Positions 1-10,601 are shown, numbered from the stretch's first letter. The stretch is 64,000 bases of DNA from an uncultured cyanobacterium (GCA_963793265.1 CAWBZI010000005.1:256001-320000); one strand, 5' to 3'. Made by a program: numbers and translations. Notes: a model not told the origin generated them from the letters alone.

Positions 1-89
1 AAAAGCTGTTCAACAAAGGCTAGCCCAATGCCTTGAGTTGCGCCTACAACCAAGGCATTAATGGCAGGCACAGTCGGGAGTAGGGTCAT
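1..89 (-). CDS. SDR family oxidoreductase, N-terminus only (runs off the window edge)
   Basis: Manual translation MTLLPTVPAINALVVGATQGIGLAFVEQL, with a GxxxGIG Rossmann motif. Confidence 0.75.
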   Translation of the reverse strand, partial: MTLLPTVPAINALVVGATQGIGLAFVEQL

Positions 90-121
90 GAAAACATCTC
101 AAAAGAGGAGTATTCACGAGC

Positions 122-658
122 CTAGCACTTTAGCTGCTGGCATTTCTCTTCAGCAGCTTGCCGCGCTCGAATAGCGACTTCGAGCTGCTGCTGTTGAGAC
201 TGAATAATAGCCTGCTGCGCCTGAAGCTGTAAGCCCTGTTGCCGCATCCTGAGCTGATTTTTAACGCGCGCGAGCACTTCAGCGGGGTGGAAGGGCTTGT
301 GGATAAAGTCAGCAGCGCCCACCTCAAAGGCTTTGATTTTATCGAAGGTGAGATCGAGGGCGCTTAAGAAAATAACAGGAATATCCTGCGTCTCTGGATT
401 AGCTTTAATTTGTGAGCACACTTCATAGCCATCGAGATCTGGCATCATGATATCGAGCAAAACCAGATCGGGTTTGAATCGAGGGATATTACGCAGGCCC
501 ATCGCTCCATCCGGTGCTCTTCTGACTTCGTAGCCTTCTTCCATCAATAGGCTAGAGAGCAATCTTAGATTTTCTAGTAGATCGTCAACAACCAATATCT
601 TAAAGCTGTCTCGTTTGATGGTTTCTTTGGACGATTTCTGATGCAAACTGCTCTCCAT
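122..658 (-). CDS. Response regulator (REC domain plus Gln-rich coiled-coil tail)
   Basis: ILVVDD, LLDIMMP and FIHKPF receiver motifs. Confidence 0.9.
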   Translation of the reverse strand: MESSLHQKSSKETIKRDSFKILVVDDLLENLRLLSSLLMEEGYEVRRAPDGAMGLRNIPRFKPDLVLLDIMMPDLDGYEVCSQIKANPETQDIPVIFLSALDLTFDKIKAFEVGAADFIHKPFHPAEVLARVKNQLRMRQQGLQLQAQQAIIQSQQQQLEVAIRARQAAEEKCQQLKC

Positions 659-1067
659 AACCCTCTAGCGTACCTGTAACAAAGGTGACATGATCTTACC
701 TAGCACCTTCCTACTACCTGATTAAAAAGAGGCATACGAGGCGTAAGGATGTTTGCCTATATTATTCCCAATTCGAGTTTTCTTGATACATAGGATTACG
801 ACGGTAGAAGTTAACAGGCTGCGAATGGGAAACCTGCTGGCATACATTAATTAATTAATATTGATTGAAAGCTAACCATATAAAAACAGGTAAAGTCTGG
901 ATGGAAAGCCGATAGAAACAATGAATGAGGTGCTACATGAGAATGAAGCCTATAAGAGAAAGAATCAACTTCTACTTAATTGTTATTAGAGAACATTGTT
1001 GATAGGTGAAAACCTTCTATTGATTGCTGGCTTATTGAGATTGACTTTTGAGTAAGAGTGAGGAACG

Positions 1068-1499
1068 TTGCGCGTGAATATTTTATTAGTTGAAGACGAT
1101 TATTTGCTCGGACGAGGCACGGCTCGGCTGTTAGAAAAACTAGGTGGGCACCGAGTACGGCTGACTCACAAGGCGGCGGACGTGTTTAAGCACGCTCAGT
1201 CTGGATTAATAGACTTAGTGATTATGGATGTTAATTTACCAGGGACGTTTTGGCAGGGGGAGGAAGTAACAGGGGTCGATCTTTCTCGGCTGCTGAAGGC
1301 TCACCCGACAACGGCCTATCTACCGATTGTGCTGCTTACGGCTCATGCCATGGAGGCAGATCGTACGCGTTTGATCAACGATGCGCAGGCAGATTGCCTG
1401 TGCACTAAGCCGATTGCTGACTATGGCGCTTTTTTATCACTGCTAGAGCAGGTGAAAGCGGGCAACCGGGTTCATAACCTAACTGCTTCGGCTTCTTGA
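1068..1499 (+). CDS. Single-domain DivK/CheY-like response regulator
   Basis: LLVEDD, IMDVNLP, LTAHAM and TKP motifs; TTG start. Confidence 0.88.
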   Translation: MRVNILLVEDDYLLGRGTARLLEKLGGHRVRLTHKAADVFKHAQSGLIDLVIMDVNLPGTFWQGEEVTGVDLSRLLKAHPTTAYLPIVLLTAHAMEADRTRLINDAQADCLCTKPIADYGAFLSLLEQVKAGNRVHNLTASAS

Positions 1500-4159
1500 A
1501 GGGCGTTAAGAATTTGTTTGTAGGCTAGGTTTTTGACGCACTTAGCTACTGCCTGAGCAAGCACATCCTGCTCAGGCGGTAGCTCTGCTGACAGCTCAAG
1601 GATGGCATCATCGTCCAAGTCAAGCGTGGCTTGAGTGAGGGCATATTGCCAGGCGGCGGGCGTTTGCGCAATCAGAGCCGAAGTCAGCGGTTGAGTGGCA
1701 GGCTTTAATATCTGCCCGTCGCCCTTATAGCGAGTTTCATATTGGTAGCGTACACCTAAGTGCTGCGCCATCTTCTCAAATACTTCGGCGGCTTGTACGG
1801 GCTTACTCACAAAATCGTCGCAGCCGCTGTCGAGCGCATCGGCTTTGTTTTCACTAAAGGCGCTGGCTGTCAGGGCAATTAAGACTGTACGCTTTTTGCC
1901 ATCGGCTGTTCTCTCGGCTGATTTTTCTAAAGATCTAATGCGCCGGGTAGCCTCTTCGCCATCTATCACCGGCATCCGCATGTCTATCCAAACCAAATCA
2001 GGCTGCCAGGATTGCCACTGAGCGATCGCCTCTTGCCCATCTACGGCTTCTCTAACATCAAAACCAACGCCTGCTAGCAAATGAGTTAGCAGCTTGCGAT
2101 TGACTGCTACATCATCAACCACTAAAACCTTATAGTTTTGATTCGGCGCAAGCCCAACAATGCGCCCGTTAGGTTCTTGCATCGGCGGGATCAGAAAGGC
2201 TTCTAATGTCGTTAGGGCAATGCTAAACGTAAAGCACGAGCCTTGGCCTAGCGTGGACTGTACGGTGAGTTCGCCGCCGAGTAGCTGCACATATTCGCGT
2301 GAGATCGCCAGTCCTAGCCCTGTGCCTTCGCGAGCAGTCAATCCCGAGTGGGTTTGAACGAAAGCTTCAAATAAACGGGCCTGATCGGAAAAGGAAATGC
2401 CAGCGCCCGTATCGGTGACGGAGAATGTAAGGGTCTGCCTAACGCCTTTCGAGCGTTGGACAGGCTGATCTGCCGGTTTGACGCTTAGGGTAATCGTGCC
2501 GGTGGTGGTAAATTTGATGGCGTTGCTGAGTAAGTTAATCAAAACTTGTCGAAGCTTGAGGCGATCGCTACACACAATTCGAGGCAAATGAGGCGATCGC
2601 TCGACCATTAGCCGGAGCCCTTTCTCAGTCGCTACGTTATGAAACATCTGCCCAAGTTCGTCAATCAGCGTATAAAGGTCAAACTCACCTTCAGCTAAAA
2701 CAACGTGTCCGGCTTCTATTTTTGAAATATCCAGCACATCGTTAATGAGCGCAAGTAAGTGCTCGCCGCTGTTGTAGATAATATCGAGATGTTCTTTTTG
2801 TTCTATAGTTGGCTGAGCGTCTCTAAGAATGTGGGTGAATCCTAGAATGGCATTGAGGGGCGATCGCAACTCATGGCTCATATTTGCTAAAAACTCGCTT
2901 TTCGCCTTGTTCGCAGCTTCTGCCGCCTCAGTCGCATGAGCGAGCTTTTGCACCGCCTGCTTACGCTCAGTAATGTCTTCAAAAACGTACAGGTAGGCGA
3001 AGGTAGAATTCTCTTCTTGAATAGGCCCATAAATTCGCCTGAGCGTCCGTCCATCTAAAAGCGGAACTTCATCTTCAACAATTCTGTTGCCATCGGTAAA
3101 GTCTTCAGCAGTTGAGGTGGCTACAAACGCACTGAGATTGACGCTACTCAGGCATTCGCTTAGTAATTGTTCTCCATTGATTTGGCCGCGCATTACAGAT
3201 TCTTGTAGATGTTCTAGCTGCCAAATGCGATAGAACTCCGAGTTTACAAACAGGGCCTCGTCAGTATCGCAAGCCATCACAAAAATGCCAGTAGGCGGCA
3301 GGTTATTGATCGCTCGCAGCAAAGCCTCGCTGCGCCGGAGCCTACCTTCTGCCTTTTTGCGCTCAGTGACATCTACCAAAACGCCCATAGAGCTACCGTC
3401 ACAGTCATCGCCGTTACAATCTGCAATAGTTGAGAGCAAGACATCCATTAAGTCGCCATTCTTTTTGATGAACTGACAGGAAATGTCTCTATGAACGCTG
3501 CTAACATAAGCATCTTTGACGCTACTCTGAAACAGCGTAGGCGCAACTCTAGCTTGAGAACTCTCGGTTAAAAATACCGATAGCGGCTGTCCAATTACCT
3601 CACTACGCTGGTAGCCTAGCTTCTCTAACCAATAGTGACTGACGCTAACAACCTGCCCTTTGCGGTCGATAGAGTGCAGCATAGCAGGCGTTTCTTCGTA
3701 GAGATACCGATAGCGAGATTCGCTTTCTTGCAGCGCTTTAAAGGTATCTAGGTAATGAGAAATATCAATCTGAGTACCGACATAGTGGGTGATCCTGCCG
3801 GTAGCGTCTGTAAGTGGCGAAAGCGTGATTTCATTCCAGAAAGCCCGTCCACTTTTGTGATAATTGCGCAGCAGTACTTTACAGCCAGTGCCTGCTGCTA
3901 ACGCGTGGCGGATATCGACTGCGCCGAGCTGCTGCGTTTCATCTCCCTGCAAAAAACGACAGTTCTTGCCAATGACTTCTTCAGCGCTGTAGCCAGTGAG
4001 GGCTTCAAAACTAGGGCTCGCGTACACAATTGGAAAATCGGGCTGCTGTGCGTCACAGATGATCAGGCCGTTTGCTGCATGGGCAATGACCTGCCTAAGC
4101 AGCTCCATTGGTAGGGTTTGCGGCACCTTTGAAGCAGCACCCGTGCGGTCAGTTTCCAT
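1472..4159 (-). CDS. LOV-PAS-PAS hybrid sensor histidine kinase with C-terminal REC domain (blue-light sensor)
   Basis: LOV signature GKNCRFLQG; H-box SHELRSPL; N box NLLSNAIKF; G boxes DTGAG and GTGLGL; receiver DMRMP. Confidence 0.93.
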   Translation of the reverse strand: METDRTGAASKVPQTLPMELLRQVIAHAANGLIICDAQQPDFPIVYASPSFEALTGYSAEEVIGKNCRFLQGDETQQLGAVDIRHALAAGTGCKVLLRNYHKSGRAFWNEITLSPLTDATGRITHYVGTQIDISHYLDTFKALQESESRYRYLYEETPAMLHSIDRKGQVVSVSHYWLEKLGYQRSEVIGQPLSVFLTESSQARVAPTLFQSSVKDAYVSSVHRDISCQFIKKNGDLMDVLLSTIADCNGDDCDGSSMGVLVDVTERKKAEGRLRRSEALLRAINNLPPTGIFVMACDTDEALFVNSEFYRIWQLEHLQESVMRGQINGEQLLSECLSSVNLSAFVATSTAEDFTDGNRIVEDEVPLLDGRTLRRIYGPIQEENSTFAYLYVFEDITERKQAVQKLAHATEAAEAANKAKSEFLANMSHELRSPLNAILGFTHILRDAQPTIEQKEHLDIIYNSGEHLLALINDVLDISKIEAGHVVLAEGEFDLYTLIDELGQMFHNVATEKGLRLMVERSPHLPRIVCSDRLKLRQVLINLLSNAIKFTTTGTITLSVKPADQPVQRSKGVRQTLTFSVTDTGAGISFSDQARLFEAFVQTHSGLTAREGTGLGLAISREYVQLLGGELTVQSTLGQGSCFTFSIALTTLEAFLIPPMQEPNGRIVGLAPNQNYKVLVVDDVAVNRKLLTHLLAGVGFDVREAVDGQEAIAQWQSWQPDLVWIDMRMPVIDGEEATRRIRSLEKSAERTADGKKRTVLIALTASAFSENKADALDSGCDDFVSKPVQAAEVFEKMAQHLGVRYQYETRYKGDGQILKPATQPLTSALIAQTPAAWQYALTQATLDLDDDAILELSAELPPEQDVLAQAVAKCVKNLAYKQILNALQEAEAVRL

Positions 4160-4239
4160 CGTTGATATTTCAAGCAGAGTTTATATATGTCTACCCAAAA
4201 CACTATCTACCCAAGACAGTGCTTACGATTTCTTTTGCA

Positions 4240-4923
4240 CTATTTCTTTTGCACGATGGAATTAATCAGGGTGGCAATCAGGCGATCGCTCTCCATGGGC
4301 ATCAGCGTTTTTCCGTGGAGCACTCGCTGCAGCATGACAAAATAGATCAGCGTACCGACAAACATGCGAGCGGTCGCCTCTGGATCGTCTAGCGCCAGCT
4401 CTTGGCGCGAAATTAGATAGCGAGTAATGCCGTCCAGCAGAGGCTTAGCGACATTTTGAATATAGGGTTCAGCAAGTTCTGGAAAGCGCCCTGACTCCCC
4501 AACAATCAACCGCATAAACTCACAGAATTCTGAGTTACAAGCCGCTTCATCCAAGATACTGGTAGCGATCGCTCTCAGCACGTCTTCAGGATCACCTTGC
4601 AGGGGTGCTTTATTACAGGGATCGAATACACTGCGAAACTTATCTTCGGCAAGCTGCTGCACAATCGCCGCAAATAGCCTGGCTTTATCCTGAAAGTGAC
4701 TATAGACCGTCGCTTTAGAAACGCCAGCGGCGGCAGCGACTCTATCCATACTGGTCGCCGCATAGCCATTAGCCAAAAATTCTTGCATAGCACCGTCTAA
4801 GATTGCCGCTGTTTTAGCGACAGACTTCTGTCGGCTTTTAGGAGAAGAGGCAATGCCATCAGGGCGATTAATAAGGGTCACCAAAGGACGGGGGCTATGG
4901 GAAGGCTGAAGTATCAGGGACAA
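4240..4923 (-). CDS. TetR/AcrR family transcriptional regulator (start uncertain)
   Basis: HTH GYAATSMDRVAAAAGVSKATVYSHF. Confidence 0.92.
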   Translation of the reverse strand: MSLILQPSHSPRPLVTLINRPDGIASSPKSRQKSVAKTAAILDGAMQEFLANGYAATSMDRVAAAAGVSKATVYSHFQDKARLFAAIVQQLAEDKFRSVFDPCNKAPLQGDPEDVLRAIATSILDEAACNSEFCEFMRLIVGESGRFPELAEPYIQNVAKPLLDGITRYLISRQELALDDPEATARMFVGTLIYFVMLQRVLHGKTLMPMESDRLIATLINSIVQKK

Positions 4924-5055
4924 GCTGTATCAGCTTAGTACATTCCCCTGCGCTGTACAGCCTGCTATGGACTCATTAGTTGACGAGCTGTCTAGCTCCA
5001 AAGAAGTAAGTCGCCAGAGGTGACTTTGAGCTAGGTAGGTTGTCGTTTTTGATTA

Positions 5056-5093
5056 ATTATGAAACAATTATGAAAAGTGAAACGATTATGAAA
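5056..5093 (+). promoter_or_regulatory. Putative ManR operator (three ATTATGAAA direct repeats)
   Basis: ATTATGAAA at 5056, 5067 and 5085, just upstream of mntC; the first two are 11 bp apart, as for OmpR-family sites. Confidence 0.7.
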
Positions 5094-5113
5094 TCCTCTG
5101 ACTTGAAATTTAT

Positions 5114-6052
5114 ATGGGCCGCTTTCTTTCTACGTTAGGTATCATTTCGCTGGCTTTGGCTTTGGCTGTAAGTGGCTGTGCTACGGCTGACTCGGCTGGG
5201 AGCGGGAATGGCGCGGCTGAGGGCGATCGCAAAAAAGTCCTCACTACGTTCACAATCCTGGCCGATATGGCCCAAAACGTAGCAGGCGATGCCCTTGAGG
5301 TAGAATCGATCACCCGCATTGGCGCAGAGATTCACGGCTACGAGCCCGTCCCGAGCGACATTGCCAAGGCTCAAAATGCCGATTTAATTTTGTATAACGG
5401 CATGGATTTGGAGCGCTGGTTTGAGCAGTTCTTAGGCAGCGTAGACGGCGTACCTTCAGCCACGCTCACCGAAGGCATTGAAGCGATCCCGATTGCCGCA
5501 GGCCCCTACAGCGACAAGCCTAATCCCCATGCCTGGATGTCGCCTCAAAATGCTTTGACATACGTAGAAAATATCCGCAAAGCATTCGTTGAGCTTGATC
5601 CTGAAAATGCAGAGACTTATAACGCCAACGCCGCAGCCTATAGCGAGCAGATCAAAGCAATTGACTCAACGCTTCAAGCAGAACTAGAAACGGTGCCTGA
5701 CGACCAGCGGTATTTGGTGACCTGCGAAGGGGCGTTCTCTTATCTTGCTCGCGATTACGACCTACAGGAAATCTACATTTGGCCCATCAACGCCGAGCAG
5801 CAGTCTACGCCCAAGCAGATCAAGTCGGTGATTGATCAGGTGTCGGACAACGATGTGCCGACTGTGTTTTGTGAGAGCACTATTAGCGATGAGGCCCAAA
5901 AGGAAATTGCTAAAGCAACCGGAGCGACCTTTGGCGGCAATCTGTATGTAGATTCGCTTTCGACTGAATCAGGGCCAGTGCCGACGTTTTTAGATTTGCT
6001 GCAGTATGACGCAGATGCGATCACTGATGGACTCACAGGAGGAGCTTCGTGA
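5114..6052 (+). CDS. mntC: Mn ABC transporter substrate-binding lipoprotein
   Basis: Lipobox VSGC; EIHGYEP, NPHAWM, TCEGAFSY and YVDSL motifs of cluster A-I binding proteins. Confidence 0.9.
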   Translation: MGRFLSTLGIISLALALAVSGCATADSAGSGNGAAEGDRKKVLTTFTILADMAQNVAGDALEVESITRIGAEIHGYEPVPSDIAKAQNADLILYNGMDLERWFEQFLGSVDGVPSATLTEGIEAIPIAAGPYSDKPNPHAWMSPQNALTYVENIRKAFVELDPENAETYNANAAAYSEQIKAIDSTLQAELETVPDDQRYLVTCEGAFSYLARDYDLQEIYIWPINAEQQSTPKQIKSVIDQVSDNDVPTVFCESTISDEAQKEIAKATGATFGGNLYVDSLSTESGPVPTFLDLLQYDADAITDGLTGGAS

Positions 6053-6165
6053 TGGTTTGTTGAACTTAATATCTGCGCAAGGGTACAAGCCCGCCTACTC
6101 CTCCTATGAGAGGTTGCCTGCCCACTCTGTTCTCTACCTTGTTGTTAGCTGATACTTTTTGTCAT

Positions 6166-7047
6166 ATGACTTTTGCAACGACTCAATCCACGAATGCTAA
6201 TGCCTATGGTATCGCCATAGACAATATCAGCGTGACTTACAGCAACTCTCGCCTCGCTCTATACAACGCTAGCTGCTACGTGCAGCCCGGCACAATCACG
6301 GGATTGGTCGGGCCAAACGGCGGCGGCAAGTCAACGTTGTTTAAGTCGATTATGGGCTTTTTATCACCTAGTCAGGGCCGAGTGCACATTGATGATTTAT
6401 CAGTAGAGAAGGCGCAAAAGCAACAGCTTATGGCGTATGTGCCGCAGGCGGACGAAGTGGACTGGAACTTTCCGATTAGCGTGTATGATGTGGTGATGAT
6501 GGGCCGCTATGGATACATGAACATGTTTCGCATTCCTAGCCGCAAAGATCGGCGGATTGTGATGGAGAGTTTGGAACGGGTTGGCTTAAGTGACTTTAAG
6601 AATCGTCAGATTGGTGAGCTGTCGGGTGGGCAAAAGAAGAGAGCATTTTTGGCGCGAGCACTCGCCCAAGAAGGTCGGGTGATTTTGTTAGATGAGCCTT
6701 TTACTGGCGTGGATGTGAAAACTGAAAAGAGCATCATTAATTTGCTGTTGCAGTTGCGAGACGAAGGGCATACGGTGCTGGTGTCTACACACGATTTGGC
6801 TTCGATTTCTACGTTCTGCGATCGCGTCATCCTACTCAATCAAACCATCCTTGCCGCAGGGACTACCGAAGAAACCTTCACCGAAGAAAACCTATCAATG
6901 ACCTTTGGTGGCTTGCCCATCAGCAGTCTTCCTGCTGCAAAAGCCAATCGTTCGCCCGAACACCGCTCCGCTCATCAACCCGGCCACCCGACTACTCAAC
7001 CCGTGAAGGTCAAAGCGCCCGTTGACGCTCGCGGAACCGATACATGA
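6166..7047 (+). CDS. mntA: Mn ABC transporter ATP-binding protein (likely start ATG 6166)
   Basis: Walker A GPNGGGKS, LSGGQ, LLDEPF; operon context. Confidence 0.9.
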   Translation: MTFATTQSTNANAYGIAIDNISVTYSNSRLALYNASCYVQPGTITGLVGPNGGGKSTLFKSIMGFLSPSQGRVHIDDLSVEKAQKQQLMAYVPQADEVDWNFPISVYDVVMMGRYGYMNMFRIPSRKDRRIVMESLERVGLSDFKNRQIGELSGGQKKRAFLARALAQEGRVILLDEPFTGVDVKTEKSIINLLLQLRDEGHTVLVSTHDLASISTFCDRVILLNQTILAAGTTEETFTEENLSMTFGGLPISSLPAAKANRSPEHRSAHQPGHPTTQPVKVKAPVDARGTDT

Positions 7048-7922
7048 TAGCCGTTTGGGACTGGCTAGTTGAGCCCTTTCAGCTAGGCTTTATGATTCAG
7101 GCGCTATGGGTTAGCGCCTTTGTTGGCACGGTTTGCGCGGTGCTCTCCTGCTATATCACCTTGAAAGGGTGGTCGCTAATGGGCGACGCGGTTTCTCACG
7201 CGGTTGTGCCAGGTGTGGTAGTCGCTTATGCGCTAGGGCTTCCATTCTCTTTGGGGGCATTTGTCTTTGGCTTTGGCGCGACGGTAGCTATTGGCTATGT
7301 GAAGTCTAAAACACGTCTAAAAGAAGACGCAGTGATTGGCGTTATCTTCACGGGTTTCTTTGCGTTTGGGCTGGTGCTAGCGACTAAGATTCCAAGCAAC
7401 ATCGACCTCTTTCACATTCTCTTTGGTAATGTGCTGGGCATCTCGACACAAGACATTATCCAAACGCTGATCGCAGGCTTTCTAACGCTGGCGATCATTT
7501 TATTTCGGCGTAAAGATTTACTATTGTTTTGCTTCGATCCAAACCACGCTAAGGCGATCGGGCTTAACACTCAGTTGATGTATTACACCTTACTCTCTGT
7601 GCTGGCACTGACAATTGTTACAGCCTTGCAGACAGCAGGCATTGTGCTAGTTGTAGCGATGTTGATTACGCCTGGGGCTACGGCTTATTTGTTGAGCGAT
7701 CGCTTCGACCATATGCTGATGATTTCTGTGGCTAGCAGCGTTTTATCTTGCCTGTTAGGCACCTATACCAGCTATCATCTTGATGCCTCTACAGGCGGCT
7801 GTATTGTTGTTTTGATGACAACGCTCTTTATTGCAGCAATGGTATTTGGGCCTAAATACGGCATGTTAGCCCAGCAGCTTCAGCGCAAAGCGAACAAAAA
7901 GCGGTTAAATGAGATGTCCTAA
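7044..7922 (+). CDS. mntB: Mn ABC transporter permease
   Basis: ABC-3 motif GDAVSHAVVPG; 4-bp overlap with mntA. Confidence 0.9.
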   Translation: MIAVWDWLVEPFQLGFMIQALWVSAFVGTVCAVLSCYITLKGWSLMGDAVSHAVVPGVVVAYALGLPFSLGAFVFGFGATVAIGYVKSKTRLKEDAVIGVIFTGFFAFGLVLATKIPSNIDLFHILFGNVLGISTQDIIQTLIAGFLTLAIILFRRKDLLLFCFDPNHAKAIGLNTQLMYYTLLSVLALTIVTALQTAGIVLVVAMLITPGATAYLLSDRFDHMLMISVASSVLSCLLGTYTSYHLDASTGGCIVVLMTTLFIAAMVFGPKYGMLAQQLQRKANKKRLNEMS

Positions 7923-7942
7923 CCGCTTTTTGTCCACTTTTT

Positions 7943-9223
7943 ATGAACTCAGATCAGCTCATCGCTCTAGACCGTCAGCACGTATGGCATCCTTACGCAG
8001 CAATGCCAAATCCGCTACCTGTGTTCCCGGTACGTGCTGCTAAAGGGGTGCGAATTGAGTTGGAAGATGGGCGATCGCTCATAGACGGCATTTCTTCTTG
8101 GTGGACATGCATTCACGGTTATAGTCACCCACGTCTAAACGCCGCTGCCCAGCGTCAAATAGAGCGAATGTCTCATGTGATGTTCGGCGGGCTCACGCAC
8201 AGACCTGCAATAGAGTTAGCCACAAAGCTCATAGACATAACGCCTGAGCCGCTACAGCACGTCTTCTTTTCAGACTCGGGCTCAGTAGCAGTAGAAATCG
8301 CTATGAAAATGGCGGTACAGTACTGGCATAACAGAGGTCAGCCTGGTAAAGATCGCTTCCTCACCATTCGCAATGGCTATCATGGTGACACCTTCGCCGC
8401 CATGTCTGCCTGCGATCCGGTGAATGGAATGCACCATCTGTTTAGCGGATTGTTGACACAGCAATATTTTGCAGACGCGCCGCAGGTTTGCTTTGGTCAG
8501 GCGTGGCGAGAGGAGGATATTGAGAGTTTTGCAAGATTGTTGGAGGATAAGGGTGATCGCATTGCCGCTGCTATCTTCGAGCCCATTGTGCAAAACGCGG
8601 GCGGCGTTCGCTTCTATCATCCTGACTATTTGCGTAGAGCCCACGAGCTATGCAAACAGCACAACGTTCTGCTTATCCTAGATGAGATCGCAACTGGATT
8701 TGGCCGCACCGGAAAGCTATTCGCCTGCGAATATGCACAGATCTCTCCAGACATTATGTGCGTAGGCAAAGCGCTCTCAGGCGGCTTTATGTCATTGGCC
8801 GCAACGCTAGCAACAACTCATATCAGTGAGACTTTCTCTGCGGGTGAAGCGGGCGTATTCATGCATGGCCCAACATTTATGGGGAATCCGTTGGCCTGTG
8901 CGGTTGCCCTAGAAAACTTAGAACTATTAGAAAGCTATGACTGGCGGGCTAGGGTTGCCGAGATTGAGGCTCAGCTTAAGGAAGAACTAGAGCCCTGTCG
9001 TCGTTTGAAGGCGGTGAAGGATGTGAGGGTTTTAGGGGCGATCGCAGCCGTAGAACTGCACGATCCTGTAGATATGGCTATCGTGCAGCCGCAGTTTGTG
9101 AAAAAAGGCGTGTGGCTCAGACCGTTTGGGCAACTGCTATACACAATGCCGCCGTATATCATTACGCCTGATGAACTGCGAGCGGTTACGACGGCCATCT
9201 ATGAGGTGGCCACTACTTGCTGA
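7943..9223 (+). CDS. bioA: Adenosylmethionine-8-amino-7-oxononanoate aminotransferase
   Basis: HVWHPY, ISSWW, DSGSVAVE, YHGDT, DEIATGFGRTG, GKALSGG, HGPTFMGNP. Confidence 0.93.
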   Translation: MNSDQLIALDRQHVWHPYAAMPNPLPVFPVRAAKGVRIELEDGRSLIDGISSWWTCIHGYSHPRLNAAAQRQIERMSHVMFGGLTHRPAIELATKLIDITPEPLQHVFFSDSGSVAVEIAMKMAVQYWHNRGQPGKDRFLTIRNGYHGDTFAAMSACDPVNGMHHLFSGLLTQQYFADAPQVCFGQAWREEDIESFARLLEDKGDRIAAAIFEPIVQNAGGVRFYHPDYLRRAHELCKQHNVLLILDEIATGFGRTGKLFACEYAQISPDIMCVGKALSGGFMSLAATLATTHISETFSAGEAGVFMHGPTFMGNPLACAVALENLELLESYDWRARVAEIEAQLKEELEPCRRLKAVKDVRVLGAIAAVELHDPVDMAIVQPQFVKKGVWLRPFGQLLYTMPPYIITPDELRAVTTAIYEVATTC

Positions 9224-9297
9224 TATGCCTGCGCATTCGGTTAAGCCTTTAACTGAGTGAATAGCCGACTGTAGGGTATCAGCCCTCATCATTGATA

Positions 9298-9316
9298 GAT
9301 GATATTCATATTCAAT
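9298..9316. promoter_or_regulatory. Fur-like box upstream of the GCS2 ligase
   Basis: GATGATATTCATATTCAAT resembles the 19-bp TGAnAATnATTnTCA-type palindrome. Confidence 0.4.
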
Positions 9317-9431
9317 AGTGTAATATTGTCAGGTTGAGTTAATAGCGGTTTTGCTATGAAAAACCTGCAAATTCGATTAATAACCTGCTCTATATAGCTT
9401 GAGAAGAAGAGTATTAACAGGAATAATTCTT

Positions 9432-10601
9432 ATGAAATTTAAGTTTGGAATAGAGCACGAGGTCGCTTTCCTACGAGCAGATGGACGATTCGCGGACTTT
9501 GAAAATACGTGCTTCGCTGATTTTGAAGATATCGTAGCTGAGCTGCCTCGGTGCGAGCAAGACTATACTCAACTGCGAATCGGTGATGCTGGCATTAAGC
9601 TAAAGCGGTGGTATGTAGAAGGCTTTGAGCGATTCTCTCAGACTGGCGAGATGATTGACTGTCCACCGAAAGGAATTGAGATTAGGACAACTGTGCATGA
9701 TGGGATTGATGAGGCGATCACACAGCTAAAAGAGAGTTTTCATCTACTGCGCACTCAAGCTGCTAAATCAGGATTTACCCCTGCGCTGACCAGTTTCAAC
9801 CCCTATCAAACCGAATTTATTCCTAATCCACCGCTCAATCTTTATGAACAAAAGCGTCGCCGCGAGTCGCCAGAAATGCTAACAGCGCATATCCCGATGC
9901 TTACGCAAGGGCCAGATCTCAACCTTTCAGCAGAAGAACTCACTACCGAAGAACTAATCGATATTGGCCGCAAGCTGACCTATTACAGCCCATTTATTAT
10001 TCCATTTAGCTACAGTTCTCCTTTTTACGAAGGGGAAGTTTGGTCAGGTCTATCTGTACGCACGTTTTATCGTACGGGCGCTAGACCAGCGGCGATGGTG
10101 TTTGTTGAGAATGAGCGTGATTTGATTGACACCGCACCTTCTCTCACGCAAATAGCACGACTGCCTGCTGAAGTAGGTCGAATTGAGTTCAAAGCCTTTG
10201 ATAGCTGTGGCGACTTTAGTCTATACGCTAGCCTATGTGCACTGCTTAAAGGGCTGGTTTTGGACACCACTTTAAAGGAGAGAAGAACGCTACCGGATGC
10301 AACACTTCATCAGCGGTCAGCGCAATTGGGATTTACTGATGAAGAGATTTATCAGCAGGCTATGGAAGTGGTGAAAGCAGCTTATGTTGCATTAGCAGGC
10401 GATCGCGATCAACAGCGATTAATCAGATTAAAAGAATCTCTTCTCGCTCGGCATAGTCCTGCAAAAGATATGCTAGCGGCATACAAATCAGGACACACCA
10501 TTGAACAAATCCTGCGTCAAGGATACGCTACTGTGGGCTCAGCAAATCGCTTCTCAAGAAGCTTTGAAACAGTGAACTTTCTAGAGATCCCTAACGTGTG
10601 A
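9432..10601 (+). CDS. Glutamate-cysteine ligase family 2 (GCS2)-like carboxylate-amine ligase
   Basis: FGIEHE, IEIRT, SSPFYEG and RIEFKAFD motifs. Confidence 0.75.
   Translation: MKFKFGIEHEVAFLRADGRFADFENTCFADFEDIVAELPRCEQDYTQLRIGDAGIKLKRWYVEGFERFSQTGEMIDCPPKGIEIRTTVHDGIDEAITQLKESFHLLRTQAAKSGFTPALTSFNPYQTEFIPNPPLNLYEQKRRRESPEMLTAHIPMLTQGPDLNLSAEELTTEELIDIGRKLTYYSPFIIPFSYSSPFYEGEVWSGLSVRTFYRTGARPAAMVFVENERDLIDTAPSLTQIARLPAEVGRIEFKAFDSCGDFSLYASLCALLKGLVLDTTLKERRTLPDATLHQRSAQLGFTDEEIYQQAMEVVKAAYVALAGDRDQQRLIRLKESLLARHSPAKDMLAAYKSGHTIEQILRQGYATVGSANRFSRSFETVNFLEIPNV

Noticed and set aside
659..1067. AT-rich intergenic region with near-NtcA sites
   Set aside because: Matches are imperfect (GTA-N8-GAC) and expected by chance
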